64,000 nucleotides of DNA from Eledone cirrhosa (Eukaryota): positions 357,926,001 through 357,990,000 of the forward strand of contig OZ024740.1 of NCBI GenBank assembly GCA_964016885.1, in the 5' to 3' direction. A program made the translations under genes and the position numbers. Below are positions 12,369 through 24,365 of the stretch, one piece after another. Under the pieces are notes generated by a model, which was not told the DNA's origin, did not search any database, and saw only the letters and a list, made by a program, of their open reading frames with translations. Every line of letters begins with the position of its first letter. Within the stretch, counting starts at the first letter, position 1.

Positions 12369-14464
12369 ATCCAATTAATGCCTGAGAGAAAGTGACTTGT
12401 TATTAACAAAACAGCTCTGAGGCTACATCACATTAGAAATTAAGGTCTTTACTCTAATACTGCAAATTTTCACAACAATCTGTTCACTTGTAATGATAAC
12501 ATAAACATTTGAATTTACACAAGCTATTTTTAGATATTTTCAGCTATATCATTACAGGATGTTAAGAATTAATAGAGTGAAATGGTTGAATCCCATATCA
12601 AATATTATTCTATACTTAATTTCCTTCCTCTAACATTCAGTTTGACTTGTCTTTCCAAGGTTGATTAAAATGCCTTGTACCAACATATATCATTATTCTC
12701 AACATCCTAATTTACAATTAATGATTTTTTACGTGCACCAAGGACAATAAAAAGGGGAACATTACAATAAAGTACTAATAAATAAATATAAGGTGTAACA
12801 AAATACTTATGTAGCTATTAATAACATTAATTAACTAGACACAAGGTGAATATTTGTAGACGGGTATTACTAATTGAATGATATAGTGTTACTGGCATTT
12901 GTTCACCATGGCACAATTTGAGTCCAGATGATTGTAAAAGAGTTAATTGAATTAACTTCAAAATATCACTGGTATTTATGTACTGAATTTACAATGCTAA
13001 CTATGCAAGATTAACATGCTAGCAGGAATTTTAAATCACTGCAAGTTGCAAATTTGATATCCTGCTTTACAAGAAAATTATACAGAAGTTCATTTATTTT
13101 TCTAGAAATTTACACAGTTCATTATAATTTATGTGTTTATGTATGGACTTGCAAGTGTGTGAATTTGGGGTTACTAGACCAATTTGTGGGTTCTATTGCA
13201 GCTACTGCATTGCATTTTGGATAGGGCAATTAGTACTATAAGCCTTAGATCATCTATAATCTATGAGAATATGTACTAAATTGAAAGAAAGAAAAGAACT
13301 ACCCAGCCTGTATGAAAAGCAAACCTAAAAATGAGGATTATGATAAGAGTTATACCCTAATAAGGATAAAGTAAATGTGTACCTATCATTTAATTAATAC
13401 AACAGAAACAGGAGTGAAACACTAACTATATATTCTTTTCTCTTTGCTTTTATCCATACATTTTACAGTATTAAGCAGAGGTGAGATGGTCTTTATTGTA
13501 GGAATGGTTTTTACAAATATAAGTCCTTCTTATTGATTCCTACTCGAAGTAAGAGTGGAATCTGTTTAATCAACTAGGACAGCAGAAGTACGTCTCCTGT
13601 CCAGTACCACAATAATGCTTGCAGTAAGAACTGAACTCATAACCATATTGTAGGTAGATCAGTACCTGCCACACATAGTTCTATTTATTTATTAAGCATT
13701 TATATGCATGCCAATGCAAGTACATAAGAATATGCAAACGGGAATGTGTACCAGTACACAAGTTTTTCTACTGGAAGAGATGTTGATAATTATGAAGTTT
13801 TCTTTCAAGTTATGACAAGAATGTACATCAACATCACAGAACTGTGTATCAAAGACTCATTAATTAATTAATTATAAAACCTAATTATAAAGTAACATAA
13901 ATATCTGAAAAGAAAAGAAATGCCCCGTTGGCTCAGATTAACAGGATCAAATTATAGATAAGTGTGAAGAATTAAAGAAAAAAATTAAGTTTAATCTTGT
14001 CCGCCAGATAAACAAGACTAACCCAAACCCAACAAAAGTATAAAATATTTTTTAATGTCATTATATTTAGGAAAGTTGAATGTAACTTCTAATTTATAGC
14101 CAAGTTAGATTTTGGAATGTATTCATCTGACTATATATAAAAAAATGCTACCTACAAATCAAACAAAACAAAAAGAAAGTAACCTCTGATTTTGCCTTCA
14201 GCTGGCAATGATTTGGGAATTTAGTTCAGTGATCTCTCATGATGAGTGACAACTTTATGATGTTGACAGAAAACTTAACAAGAAATACAACTAATTCCAG
14301 TTTCTCTTCAATCGGCAGACCCATGTTTTATTACAAGAGTTGTTTTCAACCTATGGACCATGCATGTAGCATTGAGGATCTCTCAGCTTCTTAAGTAGTT
14401 ATACGTTTTTATTATCACCAAAAAAATCATTATTGTTACTTTTCTATGAATACAATAATATAAT

Positions 14465-16100
14465 GCTTACAGAATGAAAATATTGATACATAATATATAC
14501 AATACTTAATGACTACTTATTACAGAATGAAAATATAGACACAAATGAATACTTATTACAGAATGAAAATATAAACACATAATACAATTAATTATTGCTA
14601 GGAACCTTATAAATTTAATGTACAAAAATATATGATCAAATTGAAAGAAAAAAAAACCCATCATTCCCCACCAAGTGTGTCAGTTGGTCACACATCACAG
14701 GGAGTCAACAGAAATTTTTGAGGTAAGCCAACATGTTTGCAGCATTACCATGGGTGATGGCAAAGCTAAGGTGCTGAAACAATGAGGCACCTTCACAGGC
14801 ATCACATGACAGCTCAGTAAGGTGAGCCGCTAAAGATGACAAGAACTTCACTGCCAGTGGCCCAGCTCTACCAAATGTCCTGAATTCCACAAGCTGGAAA
14901 TAATAGTTCCCAATATTTTAGGATCTTATTCTGTCCCACAATGGAAGCAGTGACCTTCACATTTACTGCAGCATTCATGATGTGGCAGGGAGCAAAAGAG
15001 TCACTGACTGTGGAATCCCATATGAGACATTTGCCTCTTACCCAAGGACAAAGGGTAAGACCATCTGGTCTCTTCCCCTCAATTCTGGATAATCCATCTG
15101 GCTCCAGAACTGAGGAGATATTTATCCGAACTAGGGCCTGCTTGATGATCAAATTTAGCATGGTGTGTCAGGCGAATCAACTAGCATTCAGGTGGAAAGA
15201 CAAACCATAAAGGCCTGTGGAGTTGAGTGGCATACCACAGCGACATCGCAGACCCCCCACAAACATCGGCTCCCACTCCGAGTGCAATGGAGATGCGGAG
15301 CTTGTGCAGACGGAGAAGACCACCAATGTTGGACACAGGTAGGGCATCAACCAAGTCCCCAGAGAATTTTGTGCTTGCAGAAGTAAGCAATACCTTGAAA
15401 ATTCATCAGATTGATCAAAAGAGAGAGTTGAAGGTATCACTTGAATGCAATCTGTCCATACTCTTTGCTTCTGTATAGCCTCATCAATATCAGGAACTGA
15501 CATACCCAGCTCTCTCCATTGAAGTAAAGCTTTATCCATCTCGATGGTGGAACTATTCCATGTTAAAAAGGAGAGGATGTCACCTATTAAAGGGGAGCAA
15601 GCATAGATGTAGGAAAGAAAGCAAGATAGAGATAGAATTTATGCAGACCAAGCCCTCCAAACCATTTGGGCAAGGCAGCCTGGTCGCAAGACTCTGGAGA
15701 GTCTGACATTGACCAAGCCCCTGAGTTCACTGAAGATTAAGTCATCAATGCATTGGAGAGACGACAAGAATGTGTAAGAGAGACTAACTCTGAGGAAATA
15801 AAACTTGGGAATCGACAAGTAATTCCTAAGTATAAAAAAACCTTGGAGAGGCTCAATAGCCACAAGGTTGTTTAAAAGTTGCTGAAGGCTAGCCAACTGA
15901 GATTGAATGATGGACTCGGAGGCTTGGTCACTAATTGGGGCTCTAACGGAGCACCACGCTGATGAGGGAGGAATCGCAATAGAGGGAAAGGACTCTGTAA
16001 ACAGGTTTACAGTCTGCTGATGTGAAGCTGGGTGGCTGAGGGGCCAGAACTCCACAGAGCTTTCAAAAAATCCCGCATAGTGCAGTTTAATGCTCACCCC
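14465..16100 (-). mobile_element. CRE-like non-LTR retrotransposon remnant (restriction-like endonuclease end)
   Basis: Fragments EPDGLSRIEGKRPDGLTLCPW...LIWDSTV and LFQHLSFAITHGNAA are typical of the CRE-clade C-terminus. The 3' end ttacagaatgaaaatat is tandemly repeated at 14465-14580. Confidence 0.8.
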
Positions 16101-16340
16101 AGGTTTGTTTCCTCACAACTTTCTTAATCATGAACATTTAAAATAGAATTTTGCAGATACTTTTTCGAAGGTATAGATTACGACTATGTTGATGAACTAA
16201 TATATATATATATATATATAGGTGAGTTTTATTGTAGTACAATAAAGCAATGCAAATATCGGATAAGTAGCACTCTACAGTTTGTAGGACTGGAGTATAA
16301 ATAATATATAAGATCAAAAGATGGTTAAAAGAGTTCCAAG

Positions 16341-16411
16341 TATTTTATTATGCGCATTTCAAAAACAAATATCATCATGAGATGATATCTGCGTTTTCAT
16401 CAGATAAAATA
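16341..16411 (-). ncRNA. Type I hammerhead ribozyme (mirror copy, sense to GFAT pre-mRNA)
   Basis: Reverse-complement copy of 16535-16605 in the left palindrome arm. Confidence 0.85.
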
Positions 16412-16534
16412 GGGATACATGATATGAAGGTTAAAAAACACTTGTGAATAGTGAAGTTTTAAATCAACATATCATATGTTGATTTAAAACTTCACTATTC
16501 ACAAGTGTTTTTTAACCTTCATATCATGTATCCC

Positions 16535-16605
16535 TATTTTATCTGATGAAAACGCAGATATCATCTCATGATGATATTTGTTTTTGAAATGCGCATAATA
16601 AAATA
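16535..16605 (+). ncRNA. Type I hammerhead ribozyme
   Basis: Stem I TATTTTAT/ATAAAATA; core CTGATGA (16543-16549); 16-bp stem II with TCAT loop; GAAA (16586-16589); palindromic stem III ATGCGCAT; AUA cleavage triplet (cut after 16597). Confidence 0.85.
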
Positions 16606-16640
16606 CTTGGAACTCTTTTAACCATCTTTTGATCTTATAT

Positions 16641-16671
<31 letters not shown>

Positions 16672-17911
16672 CAACGTTTTTCTTAGCTATTCATAACTGT
16701 ATAAATGATACTGTCCCCGTAGAAAATATCTACGGTATTATCATATCCTGACTGATATCCAATATCAATATTTTGGAATTGAAAGGCATGATAAAAAAAA
16801 AAAAGAAAAAACAAATCTGAGTTTACGTTTAGCTCACTACAAACAGATCGAAAGTATGCCGTAAAAGAAAAAGAACAAACAAAAAAAAAACATTAACGAG
16901 CGGAACTATACAAAAATGACAGTATTATGTTCTTTTCATTTCCAAATAATAAACATTATTTTTAGGTGTGTGTGTGTGGGGGGGGGGGTCATTAAACTAG
17001 TTACGCCCCGAAATCTGGAGTCCGTAGGAAAATTTAATCAAATAAACGGGGTCTTTAGTAAGATTATTTCTAATTTTATCAATACACGAAGGTTGTTGGT
17101 GTGTTAATTTGACAATCTTGAGACACCCATGGGTACTATAGGTGTGTCATTAAAATAAAGAGAAATTGCTAAATCAATATGAACATATGATCACATTCTA
17201 CCATCGGATAACACACTAGAAAGACCATATGATCAAAGCTGGAATGGTTTTGGTCGTATCTGCTCCATCAAGTATTGACATGAGGCTTGTACAATGAATG
17301 TTTTCTTATCAAACAAACTACATGGGATGTGTATCCAAATCGACAAGTCTGGATATTTTCATTGATAAAAATGGAAGCGAAGTTCTAGAAGAATATGAAC
17401 TGAAGATGCCACACAATTTTAAGTATTTGATGTTAAAAATAAAATTAGTACCAATAACAACAGGTATACTGCAAAACGCACAAGCTGTTTTTGAACGTGT
17501 TTTTAGAATAACTTAGAAATCGTCTTTAAAAAAAAACGAGAGGAAAATAAAATAAACAGAAAATATACGTGGAAGATACTCCAATGATATTAAGCTAAAC
17601 GACATTTCTATAACTGAAATAACATGTCGATTACTCAAAAAGTATAATATTGGTTGATTACACATCCATGATGTGAGAAATTTTATCGGATGCTACAGAG
17701 TGTCATGGTAACAATGCGATCAGCATGTTGCTTTACATGGCGAGTCTGATGCTAGGATGAATGGTGGTGTGGTGTTGATTCGGTTGTCGTGTGTGTACTC
17801 GTGGATTGCTTAGTGATTTGGTCACTGTCGAGTAGTGTAGACGAAGGAAGACCAATATGTTTGATACAGTGTGACCAGAGATTGTGCGTGTGCAAGTAAG
17901 TAACAGTGTTC

Positions 17912-17946
<35 letters not shown>

Positions 17947-18877
17947 ACCCTGATCTCATAGGAAATGAAATATATAAACCTCAATAACACAAAGCCTACT
18001 AATTTATTAAATAAATATGAAGAACAAACAACCACAGTCGAATATGTGATGTTATGTATCAGATATGATGTTTGCGTGTACAGGCATTATTAAAACTGTA
18101 TTTACAAAAACTTCTGTTGATGGCATGAATGTCGTTGGCCTGGCTGAGAGAGGGAGAAAGAAACCCCAAGGGTCAGTGTGTGAGACAGTTGACCACCGCA
18201 TCTTCGTCGGTGTGAACTCTGCAACTGCCTGGATTGACTGGGAGCAAGCTATTTATCAGTATTGCATCCTTTTGTCTCGGGGACTCGATAATAAGCAGAT
18301 GACCATTTGATATGTCAAAATTTGACAATTTGGCGACTCGCAAATCAGGCCGCTTTGCTATTGAGGCAAGTATGAAATGACTGCTACAATTTTATATAGA
18401 TACAAGCAACCTATAATGAACATACAACCAAGTATATTACTGGTAACAGGGAGAAAAGGGCAAGTTATTACTAGAAGTTATTAATTTCTTGTTTCTAGCT
18501 CTGTATGAAGACAGAGTAGCAGCAAACCTCTGAAAGTTAGTGATTTTTCAAAACATTGAGTTCAAAGAACGAAGTGATGATTAAATCAAAAGGTTCCAAC
18601 AAAATAGATCAAGAATCTAAATATCTAAAAAATCAAACATTTAATTAAACCTGGAGAAGTCAGATCCAAGTGACTTTTATTATTGATTAACGCAATCTTT
18701 CAACGTGTTCGTAAAAACAGAAGAACAAAATTACTAGCGTACAATGTTATTATAATATTAATTTTATATTACGTAAAATTATATATAATATTAATTTTAT
18801 ATTACGTAAAATTAGCCTAATATATTAACACAAATATATACGTATAATTAATCTATGTATATACAATAATAATTAGC

Positions 18878-19068
18878 GCCGAGCAACATGCTTTGCAGCA
18901 TAGAGCTACGGCCTGTTATGTTCTGTGTTCAAATCCCACCGAGGTTAGCATTGCCTTTCATCCTTACTGAGTCTATAAAATAAAGTACCAGTAAAACAGG
19001 TTGATTTTATCGATTCCCCTCCCCACAAAATTGTTGGCCTTGTGCCTAAATCAGAAAACATTATTATT
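18878..19068 (+). mobile_element. SINE family A, diverged copy
   Basis: gttcaaatccc...gcctttcatccttactgagtctataaaataaagtaccag...ggccttgtgcctaaatcagaaa. Confidence 0.8.
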
Positions 19069-19251
19069 ATAATGCCTAAGTGCAGTCGAGTGTTTTAATT
19101 AGGAATAAAAACAAAGAAATAAATGAAAATAATCAAATTAAAGAAGTTACATCGACATTTAAATGCGTCTTAATCTGCAGTTAGTAATTCATTTTTAAAA
19201 AATAAATCTAAAGATAATAGAGGGTTTTAGAAGAATTTAAGATTTACCTAC

Positions 19252-19258
19252 CACACAT
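19252..19258 (-). CDS. GFPT: GFAT coding exon 1 (ATG TGT G; Met-Cys, the catalytic N-terminal Cys)
   Basis: Minus strand ATGTGTG|gtaggt at a CpG-containing region. Splicing to exon 2 gives [10 protein letters not shown] in the required phase 1. Implies an intron at 3081-19251. Confidence 0.75.
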
Positions 19259-19560
19259 ATTAGAACGATTAAACCGGATGTGCTTACAATAGTGTTGAAA
19301 GATCTTAATGCCACGAATTACAAGCCGCGTAGTTTATATCAGTGTGGGAGTGTGAGGGTGTGTCTTTTCATGTGCAATTGACGTGTTTATGTGTCTTCTT
19401 TATATATGTGCATAAACCGTATGTTTATACGTATGTGTTTGTGTGTAATAGCTGTATCTAAAAGTTTATGTAAGAAAGCAGGTACGTTAAAAATGTTCGT
19501 AGATGAAGACAAGGGAATGGGAGAGAGATAGTTACGAAGCACTTCCGGATAAACGTGGCA
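19259..19560 (-). promoter_or_regulatory. Putative GFAT 5'UTR/promoter region
   Basis: Locally CpG-enriched unique sequence just upstream of the ATG, with an ETS-type motif ACTTCCGG at 19541-19548 and CCGGATGT near 19274. Confidence 0.4.
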
Positions 19561-19745
19561 CTATATGTTTTTTTCTTTTTTACTGAATGACAATATAAAC
19601 ATATAATAAATACAATTAATTATTGCTAGGAACCTCACAAAGATCAAAGCAAGAGAAAAAGAAAAGGAAAGAAAAAAACAACCATTAATTCACCACCGAG
19701 TGCGACAACGGCTTTAACCGAAGCTCATAGCAACAAGAGTTTTGG
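19560..19745 (-). mobile_element. CRE-like element 3' end fragment
   Basis: tacaattaattattgctaggaacct matches the 3' end at 14580-14610. Confidence 0.55.
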
Positions 19746-20057
19746 GGAAGAGTTAATTATCTGCACGTGTATTGATTAGAAGTATTTAAATGATTATTTT
19801 TATAATTCCAATTTTTAAAACTAATGTCATAATTCGTTTTAACCACAATACACAAGCTTTTAACTTTTTTCTCCTGCCAAGTGTCAAATAAGTGAAATTA
19901 AAAGATATAATTATTTATAATAACTGTATGCTTTTACTTAAATAAAATTAAGGAATGAATGATTGTCTCAACTTCGCGCTTTTAATCTCTAACTACATGA
20001 AAAACTTTGTTTCGCAATTTTGTAAGAAAACCATGTTCTCATCAACCAAGTTTTACT

Positions 20058-20322
20058 GAAGGTGCCTGGCTGTTTCAGCGCTTTAGCCTCGCCATCACCT
20101 GTGGTAATTCTGCGAGCGTATTGGTTTGCCTTAAAATATTCCGTTAACCCTTGTGATGTACTGCCGATTGTCGCATTTGGTGGTGAATTAATGGTCGTTT
20201 TTGTTTCCCCTCTTTTTCTTTTCTTTCTTTCACTATAGTCGTATATTTTGGTGCTTTACATTTGTGAGGTCCCTAGCAATAGTTAATTGTATTTATTAGA
20301 TGTGTCTATATTTTCATTCTGA
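20058..20322 (+). mobile_element. CRE-like element 3' end fragment
   Basis: Encodes EGAWLFQRFSLAITCGNSASVLVCLK, then cctagcaatagttaattgtat...tattttcattctg, as in the 14465-16100 element. Confidence 0.7.
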
Positions 20323-20349
20323 AAGAATTGAGAGCAATTTGTAATGTTA

Positions 20350-20684
20350 TTGGCAGTATCGGTAGAGGATCGGACGCCATGCTTTCCGGCATAGTTACGT
20401 CCCTTTACGATCTGAGTTCAAATCCCGCCGAGGTTGACTTTGCCTTTCATCCTTACGGGGTCGATAAAATAAAGTACCAGTAATGCACTGGGTAATTGCT
20501 GGCCTTGTGCCTAAAGTAGAAACAGTTATTTATTTGAAGCATAGAGTTACGTCCCTTTATGATCTAAGTTCAAATCCCACCGAGGTTAACTTTGCCTTTC
20601 ATCCTTACGGGGTCGATAAAATAAAGTACCAGTAATGTACTGGGTAATTTGCTGGCTTTGTGCCTAAAATAGAAACAGTTATTT
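20350..20684 (+). mobile_element. SINE family A, full copy plus tandem partial copy
   Basis: Copy at 20350-20530 followed by a head-truncated duplicate at 20538-20684. Confidence 0.9.
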
Positions 20685-20909
20685 ATGTATATTAAAAATA
20701 AATAAACATTTTATGTTCTACTTGGTTATTGAAAAATAATTATGTAATTAGATACTTTAAAATAAAATCCAAATTTTAATATCTTGCCTGGAAAACCAAG
20801 CGGGGAATTGTTTATTGGCTTCACACCAAAGTAACTGAAATCTCAATAGCTAATTATAACAATTTTTCGCTAATCCTTATTTAAAAAGAATAGTGCAAGA
20901 ATAATTATA

Positions 20910-21092
20910 TAATTGTTTCTACTTTTGGCACAAGGCCAGCAATTACCCAGTACATTACTGGTACTTTATTTTATAGACCCCGTACGGATGAAAGGCAAAG
21001 TTAACCTCAGCGGGATTTGAACTCAGATCATAAAGGGACGTAACTATGCTGGAAAGCATGTCCGAGCCTCTACCGATACTGCCAATTCACCA
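20910..21092 (-). mobile_element. SINE family A
   Basis: Reverse complement of the 9893-type sequence. Confidence 0.9.
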
Positions 21093-21224
21093 ATGTAGCG
21101 TGTACATTCTTTACTGGCTATTATTTTTTATTGGTTCGTTTCCTTCGTAAGTCGTATTTATTATATATATTGTATATTTAGTGGGGGCGGGGTGGTGGTG
21201 GTTTACACTACTTTATGAATACTT

Positions 21225-21872
21225 CTTACAGAATGAAAATAACTAAAATTAGATATTGCTAGGAACCTTATAATTATAATGCACAAAAATATATGATCAA
21301 TGAGAAAAAAAAATAAAAACATTAGTCGGTCTGCCAATCAGTCACAGACCACAAGGCTCAACTGAAACTTTTGAGGCAAACCAACACGCTGGCAGCATTA
21401 CCACGGGTGATGGCGAGACTAAGCCGCTGAAACAACCAGGCACCCCCAAGGGCATCACCTGACACGAGCCCCTAGCGATGACAAGAACTTCACTGTCTTG
21501 AATTCCACCGGCTGGAAATGATAGTTATTTGATACTCCTCTATATTTTAGGATTTTATTCCGTTTGGCTACGGAAACAATGATCTTCACATTTACTGCAG
21601 CATCCATGATGTGGGAGGGAGCAAAAGAGTGACTGACTGTGGTGTCCCAGATGAGACATCTATCTCTTACCCAGGGACAAAAGGTAAGACCATCTGGTCT
21701 CTTCCCATCAATTCTAGATTATCCAGCTGGCTCCAGAACTGAGGGGATATTTATCCAAACTAGGGCCTGCTTGTTGATCAAATTTAGCATGGTGTAGCAG
21801 GCGAAGCGACTAGCATTTAGGTGGCAAGACAAACCATGGAGGCCTGTGGAGTCGAGGGGCCTACCACAGCTG
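21225..21872 (-). mobile_element. CRE-like element, second copy, abutting the Gypsy relic
   Basis: Colinear with 14555-15240 (ccatctggtctcttccc, ggctccagaactgagg, ctagggcctgcttg). Confidence 0.85.
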
Positions 21873-21874
21873 TC

Positions 21875-24365
21875 GTAAGAAGAGAAGGGACCTACATTTG
21901 TGTCTCAACTCATGTCCGGACTATATCTCCCTGCATCAGGCTCATCTGTTTCGCATCTGGCCAGAGAACATAGTAAAACTCCCACTCATTCGGACCAGTC
22001 ATTACAGGATGTCCACACTTTTCGCTGGACCAAGAGAGAAAGCAAGCTCGCACATCCAATGTGATGTCACAGGCCCCTCACTTCTGGCAAGACCTCCCCT
22101 ACACTTCGGGCTCCCTAGCCCTACATGGCCTCTGATCTTAAGGATCAATCACCCCATCATCTCATTCCATGTCAAAGTCCGTTGTCCACTTGGGTGAGTG
22201 GCATTCCCATTACGATCTCCACAAAGTTGGGGCGGTTTTTTCATTCTCCTCTTCTTGGAGTCTGCCAAATCAATGATTCTGCAGATATCCAAGACGTGAT
22301 GCAGCATTTCATCCACAGACATGTTGTTTTGGGATTTTACATCTCTTACTGTTCCTTTTCCCCATTGAGATGTGCAGCACACATTTAAGGGCTTGACCCA
22401 GACTTCCTTGCCCATTTGCATGAACGCATTCTCTCTTTCATCCACAGGTTGTTGTAATAACATGCATGGATGTTGTCATTTATATCTATATATCACCTGA
22501 CTCCTCGGCCGGTCCCATGTCCCCTGTCAGTAGTGTGTCACCTCCACTGCCAATCATTTCCAGTTGTGTTTCACTGGGATGTTACTCGTCTTGTGCACGC
22601 ACGGGACAGGGTCAATAGACTGAAATCTATTGCAACTACCAACCACTTTCTGGACACTCTGTCTGGTAACGTTGGAGTCGACGTTCCTTGCTAGGAACAG
22701 GGTCCTATCCACTGCAATATAATGTGTTATATGCAACCTCCTCAACTCCGAGTCACTCAGCCAACACACTGCAGCTATCCCCTTTTCTGCATCCCCTGGC
22801 ACTTCCTGCCAGGCTTTCTTCACCCTCCTTAGGATGTCTGGCGTATTTTTCTCTGATGGCATAAAGACCACACTCAACTTCAGGCCAAACTCAGCAGCTA
22901 CCTCTCCCAGCGCAGCTCCTCCTTCCATTGCCTCTGGCGGTTTCGTGGTTCACCTGAACCTTTCTAGGTGGCTTGAAACCTCTGTTGCTGACACTACAGT
23001 CTCATCTACCAAGATATCATTCATGTAGGAATTGGTGGCCCTCTTCACCTTGTTTACCTTTCCCAGAATGGCCTTGATAACTGTCATCATGATCTTTGGT
23101 GCCGAATTCAATTCGAACTCTAGCCTGGTCAGGCAGTATGTCTATCCCTTATACCTAACCAGCTGATACTGCCACAGTTGCTCAGCTACATGTAGCTGCA
23201 GATAAGCCGACTTTAAGTCAACAATTGTAGAGGCCCCTGTTTATTGTCTCCACTTGCACAAGGTTTATCCTGCAGACATTTGTGACCACACTGCCTGTAT
23301 GGTAAGACACATGTTCATTCAGTTCATGAAAGTCTAACACCAGCCTGACCTTGTTCTTTGTTGGCGCACTTCTGCCATTAGCAGCCTTCCAAGGGATTAA
23401 TATGCTCTCCTCGATCCATCTTTGCACCTATCCCTCAAACTCACTTCTAGCATCCCTTTCAGGGTATGCTTTCAGGATATGCTGATAGCAGCTCATTCTG
23501 TTCTTCAACTTTTGGGTCTCCCCGTTCCAGTACCACTCAACTCTCTACTGCTGACCGCTGAACACAGCCCGAAAATCCTTATCTTGAATGGTATGAACAA
23601 TGCATTTTTCTTCATGGCTTTCTCTTGCCATGTTGCACACTCATGATGCATGGTGTTCTCGCGTTACCAAACATTACTCCATCGTCGCTAACTGTAATGC
23701 CTCCTAAGCAGTCAACCACATCAATTCCATCCACCACATGTTTGAGCACGATCACTTACAGCCTTATTTTTTCCCTTGTACCGCCATCTCCACTTCTGCA
23801 TCTAATCTCCCTGATGTCAACTACCCTTACACTACTCATCCCACTCCACTTTTTAACCACCTCAGGGGTCACTAAGGTCATTGTGCAGCCTGTGTCCACA
23901 AGTGCTCTTGATAGCTCCCCCACCACCACCAGAACCTCCAGAATAGGTAGCGACTGCAAGAGTGCCTCTACTCACTTCCAGGGGTAGCTTCTGGCACAGT
24001 AACCTCCTTTGATCGTTTCCCTGGTCACAATTGTTGGTAATGTCACCTGCCTGCTTACATTTGTAGCAAATTATTTGCTGTCCCTTGCTATGTGGAGCCT
24101 AACACCTGAAGCATTGGCCTTTGAAAGCCCATGTCCAAGCATTCATGGGGGCTCTTCTCCCTTCATTGTTCGTTGAATGCTGTCAACTGCTATGAGCTTC
24201 CATCACAGCTAATGCCACAACATTCCACTCAGTGCCTTGTGTCACCACGTGGGCCTGTGTGATCAGCTCACTCATGGCCATTTTGTTGTTGCCCAGCCGT
24301 TGTTGGAGCCTCACCAAAAATTTTGTTAGGGCAAACATTCACAAACGCCATCCTCATGGTCCTTT
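21875..24365 (-). mobile_element. Degraded Ty3/Gypsy LTR retrotransposon internal region
   Basis: On the minus strand, in order: gag-knuckle remnants (CFRC, CYKC, ~24050-24120), protease ALVDTGC, RT pieces (KVRLVLDFHELN, DLKSAYLQ, SYMNDILV), integrase Zn region (HY.AVDRTLFLAR...C...SIDP). Multiple deletions; no LTR identified. Confidence 0.8.

Larger units (their letters stand above)
16221..16640. mobile_element. Palindromic hammerhead-carrying element (Penelope-like pLTR fold-back) in (TA)n
   Basis: Arms 16306-16472 and 16474-16640 read as exact reverse complements (167 bp, 1-nt spacer). One-sided 85-bp extension at 16221-16305; (TA)n on both flanks. Confidence 0.85.

Noticed and set aside
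17655-17672. ATGGATGTGTAATC as an alternative GFAT first exon
   Set aside because: No GT donor in phase 1 and no Met-Cys-Gly start.
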